A stretch of 61,687 nt of DNA, filler included. It is 6 parts of 6 records of this genome, joined end to end, with 100 filler letters (N's around TTAATTAATTAA, not from the genome) between each part and the next. Parts side by side here need not be neighbours in the genome. Positions count along the whole stretch, not along the records: positions 7,128 to 28,002 come from SRR31156797_14957; 5 more parts are not named here. One strand, 5' to 3'. A program made the translations under genes and the position numbers. Under the pieces are notes generated by a model. That model made no database searches. It saw only the letters and a list, made by a program, of their open reading frames with translations, and was not told the origin of the DNA. Below, piece after piece: positions 19,677 through 28,102 of this stretch (position 1 is the stretch's first letter; each line of letters begins with the position of its first letter).

Positions 19677-20393
19677 ATGAAAATTTCGGCTACAGGCTTT
19701 AGCAACAGAGGAACGATACGACAGAAAAATGAGGATGCCATTCTGATGCATTCTGATGTTTTTCAATCCGGAACGCACAAGATGGAGGTTGATGGGGGCA
19801 CCCGTTATTTTGTAGCAGATGGTGTTGGCGGAGCACCGGCCGGGGAAGTGGCATCAAAGTTTGTGCTGGATAAACTCAATGAAAACTTTGATCATGATGA
19901 ATTTCCTGATTATGATACTTTGATAAATAAAATCCGACACATCAATGTGTCAATGTTCGAATTTTGCAATCTCAACCCACAATATTCCGGGATGGCTTCA
20001 ACATTGAGCGGGGTATTTATTTCAGGCGAAAGATACCGGATGTTCAATGCCGGAGATTCGTGTACATTTCTATTCAGGAAGCAACAACTGAAAAAATTGA
20101 CCAATACCGACGTGATGGAACTGTATCCTGAATCAACACTTTTAGCCAATTATTTTGGGGGATACCAGGACTCCCTGTTACCAAAGGCTTTACCAGAAGC
20201 CTCGGAGCTCAATTCGGACGATATTTTTGTGATTTCTACGGACGGGTTATTTCATTGTTTTCCTGTTGAGCAGCTTGAAAAAATCCTGACTAACAAGAAA
20301 CCCTTGCACGAAAAGGCCCGGATGATCCTGGAAAAATCACTGGATATGGGATCGCCGGATAATATTAGTTGTATATTTATCAAAATTACCTGA
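19677..20393 (+). CDS. PP2C/PPM family Ser/Thr protein phosphatase
   Basis: RQKNEDA, VADGVGG, NAGDS, STDGL and GSPDNIS: all PPM metal-binding motifs present. Confidence 0.93.
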   Translation: MKISATGFSNRGTIRQKNEDAILMHSDVFQSGTHKMEVDGGTRYFVADGVGGAPAGEVASKFVLDKLNENFDHDEFPDYDTLINKIRHINVSMFEFCNLNPQYSGMASTLSGVFISGERYRMFNAGDSCTFLFRKQQLKKLTNTDVMELYPESTLLANYFGGYQDSLLPKALPEASELNSDDIFVISTDGLFHCFPVEQLEKILTNKKPLHEKARMILEKSLDMGSPDNISCIFIKIT

Positions 20394-20416
20394 TTACTCA
20401 AACCGACAGGCAGTGC

Positions 20417-23400
20417 ATGGAAAATCAATTGGATAATTCGTTCGATACCAGGCCATATCCTAACCATCAGGAAAGCGTTTTCTCCGGTGATGATCAGGTG
20501 CAGAAGACTTTGCTTTACGCTGGCGTTGATACGGTAGATGATGTCCCTGAAACAAACTTAACCACAAAGCCGTATCAGCCGGAGGGACAACCAGTAAATC
20601 GGACAGTTACCCATAATATCGGAGTAGGGGATTCAATCGAACTGAATAGTATTCAGTACAAAATACTTGACATTTTATCCGGGGATGGCAAAACATCAGA
20701 AGCCGTTATTTACAAAGTTAAGGACCCAAAAGATAAAATATTTGTCCTCAAACTATATTACGAATTTCAGGACACTCATCTTGAACCCAATTCCGATACC
20801 TTGCAACGCATCAGGGAACTGCAATCGGATGAATTACTCTATTTGTTTGATTTTGGTACCGGTCCCAATAAGCATCTCAACAAATATTGTTTTGAGATTA
20901 CGCATTTTGCCCGGGGCGGAGATTTACTGAAGGTAAAGGACGTTGCCAAAAAATATTCGCCGAAATTTATCGAGCAAAAAGTAATCCCCTTCATCCACAA
21001 AGGTTTACAGGCGCTGCATACCGAGCGTATTTATCATTGCGACCTGAAACCACAAAATGTATTTTACCTTGATGAGGAGCAAACCAGGATTGTGATTGGG
21101 GATTATGGATCAGCCAAATCATTTGATAAGACATCTGAGAAAGAGTTGAGCTACACTACCCTCACCCGGGGGACTGAATTCTATCTTGCCCCGGAGCAGG
21201 CCTTTGGGATTGTATCTGATAAAAATGATTATTACAGCCTGGGCATGATCGTTTTGCACCTGTTATATCCCAATGAGGTAAATCGCAAAAATTTAAGAAA
21301 GATATTTGAGAGACGTACAAAGGGGTTGCCTATCATCGATTTTGATGAAGAACATAAACGGTTGAATCGGCTGATTGAGGGATTAACACTACAGGATTAT
21401 AACAGCCGTTGGGGAGGTGCAGAACTGGACGCATGGATGTCTGGCCAGGAAGTGCCTGTAAATTATGGCGGTGCATCGAGATTAAGCCGGATTGAAATAG
21501 ACGATGTTGTGATTAAATCTGGTGATGACCTGGTAAATTATGTCAAATCCCACAGTAGTTTTTACCGGGATTTGATTGATGACAAAGATGGATATGCAAA
21601 CCTGCTGGCGTGGATCAGGATGATGCATGGCGATGAGGCTATGAAGTTGTTCGACAGTATGATAGCTCATTACAAGCGCTATTTTGGTACTGAGTATGTT
21701 AAGGATGCCCTACTGTTTTATTTTGATCCTGATTACGAAATAAAAGTGGGGCTGGAAAATCTTAACATTTTGGGTTCTGAAAATCCTAAGGAAGAAGTGC
21801 AAAAGTTTTTTCAGGCTGTTGATAGCCAGTGGAAGGTATCTGAATTTGAGGTGGTAAGGTTGTGGTTTTTCAGGCTGGAGTTTGCATTGCGGCGCCTTCG
21901 GGAAAGATCGGATAATATAATAAAGGTTGAAATTGACAAGTTGCTTGAGACGATGGCTTCAGTAATTGGAGCAAACAACGACAAGGACTTTACGGCTCAG
22001 AAGGCTAGTTTATTCATACGCCTTGAGAATGGCCACCTGCCAGCTTTGTTTCAAATTTTTATTCCGGGGAGAGGATTTAAGGACTTGACGGGAAATACTT
22101 ATAGCACGCTATTCGAGGTAGAAACCTTTCTAAAGTCAAATCCCATCCGCGGGAAAACAGATTTTCTTCAGCTCGAAAAAACGGCTTTCATCAAAAGCAG
22201 ATCGAAAGACGAAATTGTTGAATTTGTGGAGTTTTGTGATAACCTTTCTGAATTTTTCTTTCAACAGGATGAAGATTTTTTAATCCTGGCTTCCATAATT
22301 TCACAATTTACCAGCGAAAACTACAGTGCTAATTTTGTCGGGGGTGTATTACGGTTTTACCGGAAATCAGACAATTATGTTCAACAGGAAGTGGTCTTAC
22401 GTTTGATCGACCCGGAACTTCCTGTTGCCATTGGCGGTGAAAATATTTACCTTTTCAATCCTGGTGAATTCGACAACAAAATCAGGGAATTTTTTACAGT
22501 ACTTGAAAGCGAACGGTTCCGGAAATCCCTGGAGGAGATCAAAAGATCATTTTTTGGTTTTGAATTTTGCATGATGCAGGTTGCTCGCCACGATCAAATC
22601 CATGGAAAATCATTGATCGAACCTGTTTTTCAGCGGCTTCATGAGACCATTAACAGCTCCTATCCTGAATGGCTTGACCTTCATGCAGCATTTTACAAGA
22701 ACATTGATGATGAAAAACTGATCGCAATTTTACACCGCTTCAATCCGTCAAGGGTTTTTTGCACGCACACCGGCGACTACCTGGCTACAGTTGAGGAAGT
22801 AACTTTATATTATCTGCATAACCCAGGGAAGTATGTTGATGAACATTCGCAGCACGAAAGGGAATCGTTCCTGAAAAAAAGTGGCAACACCCGCTTGATT
22901 GGCCTCTCTCTTCGCGACCTTGTAATTACCGTCTTCAGACCGAAAACCACTTTTACGGCAAACATAAATGAAGTTCGGTTTGACGAAAATGAAGCCAACG
23001 AAGTGATCATTTATTATGATTACGATATTTCACTTGCGAATTATCTACAAACCAGGGGGCTGGATTCTGATTTTGGCTTTAAGAGTGAGACCATCAATGA
23101 GATTGTACTGAAAAAAAAGCAATTAGATAATACCCATGAGCTTTTTGAGAACTTTGCCGGAAAACTGAAAAAACGACATGCTTATGGGATTTTATCTGAA
23201 GCTACGCAACAATCGTTTGAAGAGGCTGTAAAACGTGCACGGAAACAAGAATTGTGGGAGTTCCTTTTCTTGCTTCCCAGGTACACCGTTTACCTGCTGC
23301 CTGCTTTTGGCCTCTTGTTTTTATGTTCAGGTTACCTGCTTGATAATTCGTTTTTCAAACATATCTCGTTCAGCAAGGCTCCAACATTAATTTTTGTTGC

Positions 23401-23848
23401 AGCCCGCCTGGTTGACACAAGCGCGTCATCGTTACTTTTTGCTGCATATTTTATAAATCTGGTTGTTGCAGGTCTGATGATTTTACCACTATTAAGTTTG
23501 CGGAGGCATAAAAACAGATTCAGGCAATTTGATCGCGATTACGGCTCGAGGATTGGGCGGATGTCGCTTTCTTTGCTTTTTGCACCTGTTATTTTCGTTG
23601 GAATTTACAATGTGTTTGAGGCGCTGTTTGGGGCACAAATATTTGTTGCCGGTGGATTCGTGCCGGCCGTTTCTACTTTGCAGTTTACCATCCTGGTTTA
23701 TATCGCCTTTATGTTTTTACAGGAGCTTATTGTAATCCGTGCATTTTTCAAAGTATCAAAAAAAATACGGCTCGTACCACTCATTTTTTCAATCCTGATG
23801 TATTTTGCAGTCGGTTATTTTGCAATTATTGAATATACAATGATTTGA
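20417..23848 (+). CDS. Hanks-type Ser/Thr protein kinase, large, with internal duplication and C-terminal TM helices
   Basis: FVLKLY, HCDLKPQN, DYG, APE and DYYSLG motifs; likely ATG at 20417 (MENQ); several hydrophobic segments in the last ~200 aa. Confidence 0.9.
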   Translation: MENQLDNSFDTRPYPNHQESVFSGDDQVQKTLLYAGVDTVDDVPETNLTTKPYQPEGQPVNRTVTHNIGVGDSIELNSIQYKILDILSGDGKTSEAVIYKVKDPKDKIFVLKLYYEFQDTHLEPNSDTLQRIRELQSDELLYLFDFGTGPNKHLNKYCFEITHFARGGDLLKVKDVAKKYSPKFIEQKVIPFIHKGLQALHTERIYHCDLKPQNVFYLDEEQTRIVIGDYGSAKSFDKTSEKELSYTTLTRGTEFYLAPEQAFGIVSDKNDYYSLGMIVLHLLYPNEVNRKNLRKIFERRTKGLPIIDFDEEHKRLNRLIEGLTLQDYNSRWGGAELDAWMSGQEVPVNYGGASRLSRIEIDDVVIKSGDDLVNYVKSHSSFYRDLIDDKDGYANLLAWIRMMHGDEAMKLFDSMIAHYKRYFGTEYVKDALLFYFDPDYEIKVGLENLNILGSENPKEEVQKFFQAVDSQWKVSEFEVVRLWFFRLEFALRRLRERSDNIIKVEIDKLLETMASVIGANNDKDFTAQKASLFIRLENGHLPALFQIFIPGRGFKDLTGNTYSTLFEVETFLKSNPIRGKTDFLQLEKTAFIKSRSKDEIVEFVEFCDNLSEFFFQQDEDFLILASIISQFTSENYSANFVGGVLRFYRKSDNYVQQEVVLRLIDPELPVAIGGENIYLFNPGEFDNKIREFFTVLESERFRKSLEEIKRSFFGFEFCMMQVARHDQIHGKSLIEPVFQRLHETINSSYPEWLDLHAAFYKNIDDEKLIAILHRFNPSRVFCTHTGDYLATVEEVTLYYLHNPGKYVDEHSQHERESFLKKSGNTRLIGLSLRDLVITVFRPKTTFTANINEVRFDENEANEVIIYYDYDISLANYLQTRGLDSDFGFKSETINEIVLKKKQLDNTHELFENFAGKLKKRHAYGILSEATQQSFEEAVKRARKQELWEFLFLLPRYTVYLLPAFGLLFLCSGYLLDNSFFKHISFSKAPTLIFVAARLVDTSASSLLFAAYFINLVVAGLMILPLLSLRRHKNRFRQFDRDYGSRIGRMSLSLLFAPVIFVGIYNVFEALFGAQIFVAGGFVPAVSTLQFTILVYIAFMFLQELIVIRAFFKVSKKIRLVPLIFSILMYFAVGYFAIIEYTMI

Positions 23849-23849
23849 T

Positions 23850-25352
23850 ATGAGCGGACCTAAAAGTTATCATGTTGCTGTTTTCGACAAGCACCTGAAA
23901 GCATTATTTCAAGTGCAGGGTGAGGTGAAGTTACTCTGGGAGGAAATGCTTAAACAGGCACCGGAGGACGATAAGACCAGCCATAAAGAAGGGCTACAGG
24001 AATTTCTCACTGCCAACAAAGCCAGTGTTGAAAAAGCACTAATGGATTTCAATCATCAGGTGCATGGAGTTGTGAACCAAAAACAATTTGATGAATTTTA
24101 CAGCAAGATTCACAACCGCATCGAAAAACTGAAGAAACATAAAAAGCTGCTAGCTGATCAACTGGCGAAATCGATGGAACAGGATGAGTCTTATCGGATG
24201 TATCTTAAACATGAAAAATTGATCCAAAAACTTGCCGCGGATTTTCAATTGCTCAAAAAGCAGTCGGCGGAAATGGTGGAACAATCCCGGCTTTCTGATA
24301 AGGATAAGCAAACGAAGATTAAACTCATCAGCGAAACTGGCTTTGATGTAAAAATACCGCCAATTCAAAAGGAAAAAATAGCCCGCTTAGAAGGGCAAAT
24401 TTTACTGCAATTTCACGAAGCCCGGGAGCAATTGGGCAGCATACTTTCTGGTGAAGGCAACATCGAACCTCAAGATGATCATCCTGATCATACCTCCGAT
24501 GATCAGTTGAAAGCGAAGGAAGTGATTAAAAGGATTAAAGTGGCATTGCTCAAAGTCCGGGATAATTCAAATAAGACCGGATATGAAAAGCGTTTGAAGA
24601 AGCTACAGTTGCAAAAGAAAAAATCGGCAACCTATTTCATGAAAGAGTTGTTCGCTGATGTTCAAAATGAGATAAAACAACAGGAATTACTGGAACGGCT
24701 GACCGGGATAAAAGTACGATTTGAAAAGGCTGATTTCTATCCTTCCATAGGTGACCGTGTAAAGGAATTCAGCGTGCAATTGGAAAAGGCGTTAAACCGT
24801 GATCATAACAGGGCTGATGAGGTACAAGCGCTGGAAAACTTTTTACAGGAACTCGGAGAATTGCATCAAAAGGCCAGGATTGCAGAGGCAGTGGACAGGG
24901 ATGAAAAGGCTTACATCAGGTCCCGGCTGGTATCTTCAATGAAAGATTTAAATTATGAGGTAGCCACAAAAACTGAGGTGATTGATTTTGAAAGCGGTAC
25001 CGATTTTTTGTTGAGCATACCCGGACAGGAAAATTTCCTGAACCTGCGTTTTGATGATCAGGGAAAGGTGTTGTATAACTTCCTGATTCCTGAGGATAAA
25101 AAAAGTTTGGGATTGGACGAAGCCGCTGTTAAGCTTTCTGAGATGGAAGAAACCTGCAATGCATTTAAGCAGATGCTCAACGATCTCCGGGATCAGGGTT
25201 TGGATATTGACCTGAAAAACGAAATTCCCATTTCTGAGAAGGCCTTGATTCAACTACCTGATTATCATGCTGAGCAACTAAAAAAGGTCATTTCCGGCAG
25301 TAAAACGCAGAATAAAATTAAAAAGGAAAAAAGAAAGCAAAAACGCCTGTAG
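23850..25352 (+). CDS. hypothetical coiled-coil protein with globular C-terminal domain
   Basis: 500-aa ORF starting 1 nt after the kinase stop; K/E/Q/L-rich helical body; alpha/beta-looking C-terminus; basic tail. Confidence 0.8.
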   Translation: MSGPKSYHVAVFDKHLKALFQVQGEVKLLWEEMLKQAPEDDKTSHKEGLQEFLTANKASVEKALMDFNHQVHGVVNQKQFDEFYSKIHNRIEKLKKHKKLLADQLAKSMEQDESYRMYLKHEKLIQKLAADFQLLKKQSAEMVEQSRLSDKDKQTKIKLISETGFDVKIPPIQKEKIARLEGQILLQFHEAREQLGSILSGEGNIEPQDDHPDHTSDDQLKAKEVIKRIKVALLKVRDNSNKTGYEKRLKKLQLQKKKSATYFMKELFADVQNEIKQQELLERLTGIKVRFEKADFYPSIGDRVKEFSVQLEKALNRDHNRADEVQALENFLQELGELHQKARIAEAVDRDEKAYIRSRLVSSMKDLNYEVATKTEVIDFESGTDFLLSIPGQENFLNLRFDDQGKVLYNFLIPEDKKSLGLDEAAVKLSEMEETCNAFKQMLNDLRDQGLDIDLKNEIPISEKALIQLPDYHAEQLKKVISGSKTQNKIKKEKRKQKRL

Positions 25353-25411
25353 TTTGCCAGAATATCATACCATCGATTTTCGATTTTCACCACCCCCTAA
25401 AACATTTTCCT

Positions 25412-25419
25412 TACATTTG
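25412..25419 (+). promoter_or_regulatory. possible internal Bacteroidota -7 promoter element
   Basis: TACATTTG matches TAnnTTTG in the 89-nt gap, 22 nt before the ATPase ATG; no clear -33 TTTG. Confidence 0.45.
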
Positions 25420-25441
25420 ATGTGAAATTAAAAAGCCGGAT

Positions 25442-27340
25442 ATGTCAGAGCTGTACAAAGAAATTTTTCCCGGGTGGATGCAGGAATTCAAGCGTTTCCA
25501 AACCCTCAAATCACAATTTTACCTCTATGGAAATGTTTACGATTGCTATTATTTTCCGGTAAACTATAAAGCTGCCGAAAAGCCGGAAGATATGAAATGG
25601 GCGCGCTTCAACGACCTGAAGTTATTGCTCAAACTCTACCTTAAAAACGAGGGGTATGAGATCATTTCCTATTTCGATGTGATTGATGGGATAGAGGTTG
25701 AATCACCTGGTGATGACAGTCTGGATCGTGATAACATTTTAAAATTTTTGGTTGAACATGTTCCCGGCGCAAAGTCACTCCTGGAGTCAAAAAAGATATC
25801 GAACATCGAAAAAAAGGTGTCGGATGCGCTGTCGTTTTATAGGTTATTGATGTCGAACAATAAAATGCTTTCAGCGGGAGTCATAAACTACAGCTCCCGG
25901 TTTTCGAGCGATCCCAATAACCTGGCTGAGGATGAGCGCATGATCTTTCTAAAGTTATTAAAATCTGCCCAGGATGCCCGTCTGTTTCCCGAAAAGAAAG
26001 GCCAGCGGAACATTCTGATTTTTATCTGCGACAAACTCAACGATATTCCCAGTTGGATTTTACTTGAAAATCCCCTCACCCGGGGCATCGAAATCAGGAA
26101 ACCCAACAAAATTGAGCGCAATCGTTTTATGGAAGTGCAGATGCACCGGTTTTATCAAAAGGGTGAAAAAGTAAATGAAAAAGAGATTGCCGGGATTTTT
26201 GCCGACCTCACCGAAGGCTTTGCCAATCAGGAGCTCGAAAATCTGATCTCCATCTCCAACCAGGAGAAAATCCATGTAAACAATATCCAGCAGGTTATCG
26301 ACCTGTTTAAGTACGGAACACGCGAAAATTTTTGGGAGGACCTTGAAAAAGAAAAAATTGAAAACGCTGAAGCGGAATTGCAGAAACGGGTGATGGGTCA
26401 GGATGTGGCCATTCAGAAAAGTGTGGAGATTATTCGTCGGGCAAAGCTTGGGTTGCATTCCATCGACATGAAGCGTAACAAAACCCGGCCAAAGGGAGTC
26501 ATGTTTTTTGCCGGGCCAACCGGTGTTGGAAAAACTGAACTGGCAAAATCACTGGCTTCACTTATATTTAATGATGAAGATGCCATACTGCGATTTGACA
26601 TGAGTGAATACAATGAGTCCAATTCCGACACCAAACTCATTGGTTCGCCTCCGGGCTATGTTGGCTACGAGGAAGGCGGCCAGCTGACTTCACAGGTAAG
26701 CGCCCGGCCGTTTTCCATTGTGCTGTTCGATGAAATCGAAAAAGCCCATCCGGTGATCTTCGATAAGTTTTTGCAAATCCTCGATGATGGCCGGCTGACG
26801 GATGGCAAAGGCGAGACTGTATATTTTTCTGAGTCACTCATTATTTTTACCAGCAACCTGGGCGTGTACACCGAAGATGAATATGGCCAGCGGGTACTCA
26901 ATATCAACTACGAGGATTCCAATGAAGTCACCAGCCGGAATATTTTGCAGGAAATCCGTAACTTTTTCAATACCAAGCTCAACCGCCCGGAAATACTCAA
27001 CCGATTTGGTGATAACTTCGTGGTATTTAATTTTATCCGGCCTCCCGTTGATAAAATGATTCTGGAGAAAAGTTTAAGGACAATTCAGCAAAATCTGGAG
27101 AAACAGAAAAACAGCAAATTTCATTTTGATGATGCTTTTTTGGAAAGTTTCAGGAGTAAATATATTGCTGACAACCTGATCAATGGCGGGCGTGGCATTA
27201 ATAACCGTGTGGAAACCCACATCAAAAACGGGATTGCCAATTTTATGTATAGTCAGCAAAAAACTGACAACCTAAAATTCAGGATTTATATTGATGAATC
27301 AGATAATCACAAAGTGAAATTCGAATGCATTGGCAACTAA
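25442..27340 (+). CDS. ClpA/ClpB-related AAA+ ATPase with a single intact (D2-type) module
   Basis: GPTGVGKTELAK, RFDMSEY, GSPPGYVGYEEGGQLT, LFDEIEKAHP, RLTDGKG and RPEILNR motifs. The N-terminal ~300 aa lack Walker A and Clp-N repeats. Confidence 0.92.
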   Translation: MSELYKEIFPGWMQEFKRFQTLKSQFYLYGNVYDCYYFPVNYKAAEKPEDMKWARFNDLKLLLKLYLKNEGYEIISYFDVIDGIEVESPGDDSLDRDNILKFLVEHVPGAKSLLESKKISNIEKKVSDALSFYRLLMSNNKMLSAGVINYSSRFSSDPNNLAEDERMIFLKLLKSAQDARLFPEKKGQRNILIFICDKLNDIPSWILLENPLTRGIEIRKPNKIERNRFMEVQMHRFYQKGEKVNEKEIAGIFADLTEGFANQELENLISISNQEKIHVNNIQQVIDLFKYGTRENFWEDLEKEKIENAEAELQKRVMGQDVAIQKSVEIIRRAKLGLHSIDMKRNKTRPKGVMFFAGPTGVGKTELAKSLASLIFNDEDAILRFDMSEYNESNSDTKLIGSPPGYVGYEEGGQLTSQVSARPFSIVLFDEIEKAHPVIFDKFLQILDDGRLTDGKGETVYFSESLIIFTSNLGVYTEDEYGQRVLNINYEDSNEVTSRNILQEIRNFFNTKLNRPEILNRFGDNFVVFNFIRPPVDKMILEKSLRTIQQNLEKQKNSKFHFDDAFLESFRSKYIADNLINGGRGINNRVETHIKNGIANFMYSQQKTDNLKFRIYIDESDNHKVKFECIGN

Positions 27341-27954
27341 ACAGGGTGATGTATCCCGTTGAAAATCTGGGGCCAGGTAAGCGGATTGCTATTTGGGTAC
27401 AGGGATGTTCCTTGATTTGTGAAGGCTGCATCAACCCTGATTTGTGGGAGAAATTCGGAGGCCGCAGGGTTGATATGGAAGGGTTTGCGGCCGGCATCAT
27501 CAGGTTAGCCCAAAGCCTGGATGGAATATCCATCACTGGGGGAGAGCCATTTGACCAGTATCCTGAGCTAGTTGCATTTTGTAGCTTTGTTAAACAAAAA
27601 ACAAATCTTGAAGTTCTTGTATTTTCAGGGTACACACTGGAACAGCTTTTTACAAAATTTCCGGATAGGCTGTTTACCAGGTGTATTGATTTTCTTGTGG
27701 ATGGACCGTACCTGAAAAGTTTGCCTGACCAGGGCAGGCTGCGAGGATCAAAAAACCAAATGATGTATACATTTCAATTGAATAGTACGGAAATGGTGGA
27801 TACAAAAAGAGTGGAAGTGCCGGATGTAAATTCAACATGGTCATTTGGATTTAATAATAAAAATTCGATCATCATGAGTGGTATTCCTGGAATAGATGAT
27901 CCGGAAATGTTGAATGAAAAAATGAAAAGATCAGGGATTGATTTTGAATTATAG
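27325..27954 (+). CDS. radical SAM protein, NrdG/activase-like (4Fe-4S single cluster)
   Basis: WVQGCSLICEGCINP (CxxxCxxC), ITGGEPFDQ, DFLVDGPY and RGSKNQ motifs; overlaps the ATPase by 16 nt. Confidence 0.9.
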   Translation: MHWQLNRVMYPVENLGPGKRIAIWVQGCSLICEGCINPDLWEKFGGRRVDMEGFAAGIIRLAQSLDGISITGGEPFDQYPELVAFCSFVKQKTNLEVLVFSGYTLEQLFTKFPDRLFTRCIDFLVDGPYLKSLPDQGRLRGSKNQMMYTFQLNSTEMVDTKRVEVPDVNSTWSFGFNNKNSIIMSGIPGIDDPEMLNEKMKRSGIDFEL

Positions 27955-27963
27955 AGGTTAGAA

Positions 27964-28002
27964 TGATAAGTGACGAGTTACGAATTACGAGTTACGAATT
28001 AC
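27964..28002. repeat. heptamer tandem repeat at contig end
   Basis: TGATAAG TGACGAG TTACGAA TTACGAG TTACGAA TTAC, truncated by the linker. Confidence 0.85.
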
Positions 28003-28102
28003 NNNNNNNNNNNNNNNNNNNNNNNNNNNNNNNNNNNNNNNNNNNNTTAATTAATTAANNNNNNNNNNNNNNNNNNNNNNNNNNNNNNNNNNNNNNNNNN
28101 NN
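28003..28102. other. artificial contig linker
   Basis: 44 N + TTAATTAATTAA + 44 N. Confidence 0.99.

Noticed and set aside
25442-27340. Calling the ATPase clpB or T6SS clpV/tssH
   Set aside because: It lacks Clp-N repeats, the first Walker A and the middle domain, and no T6SS structural genes are nearby
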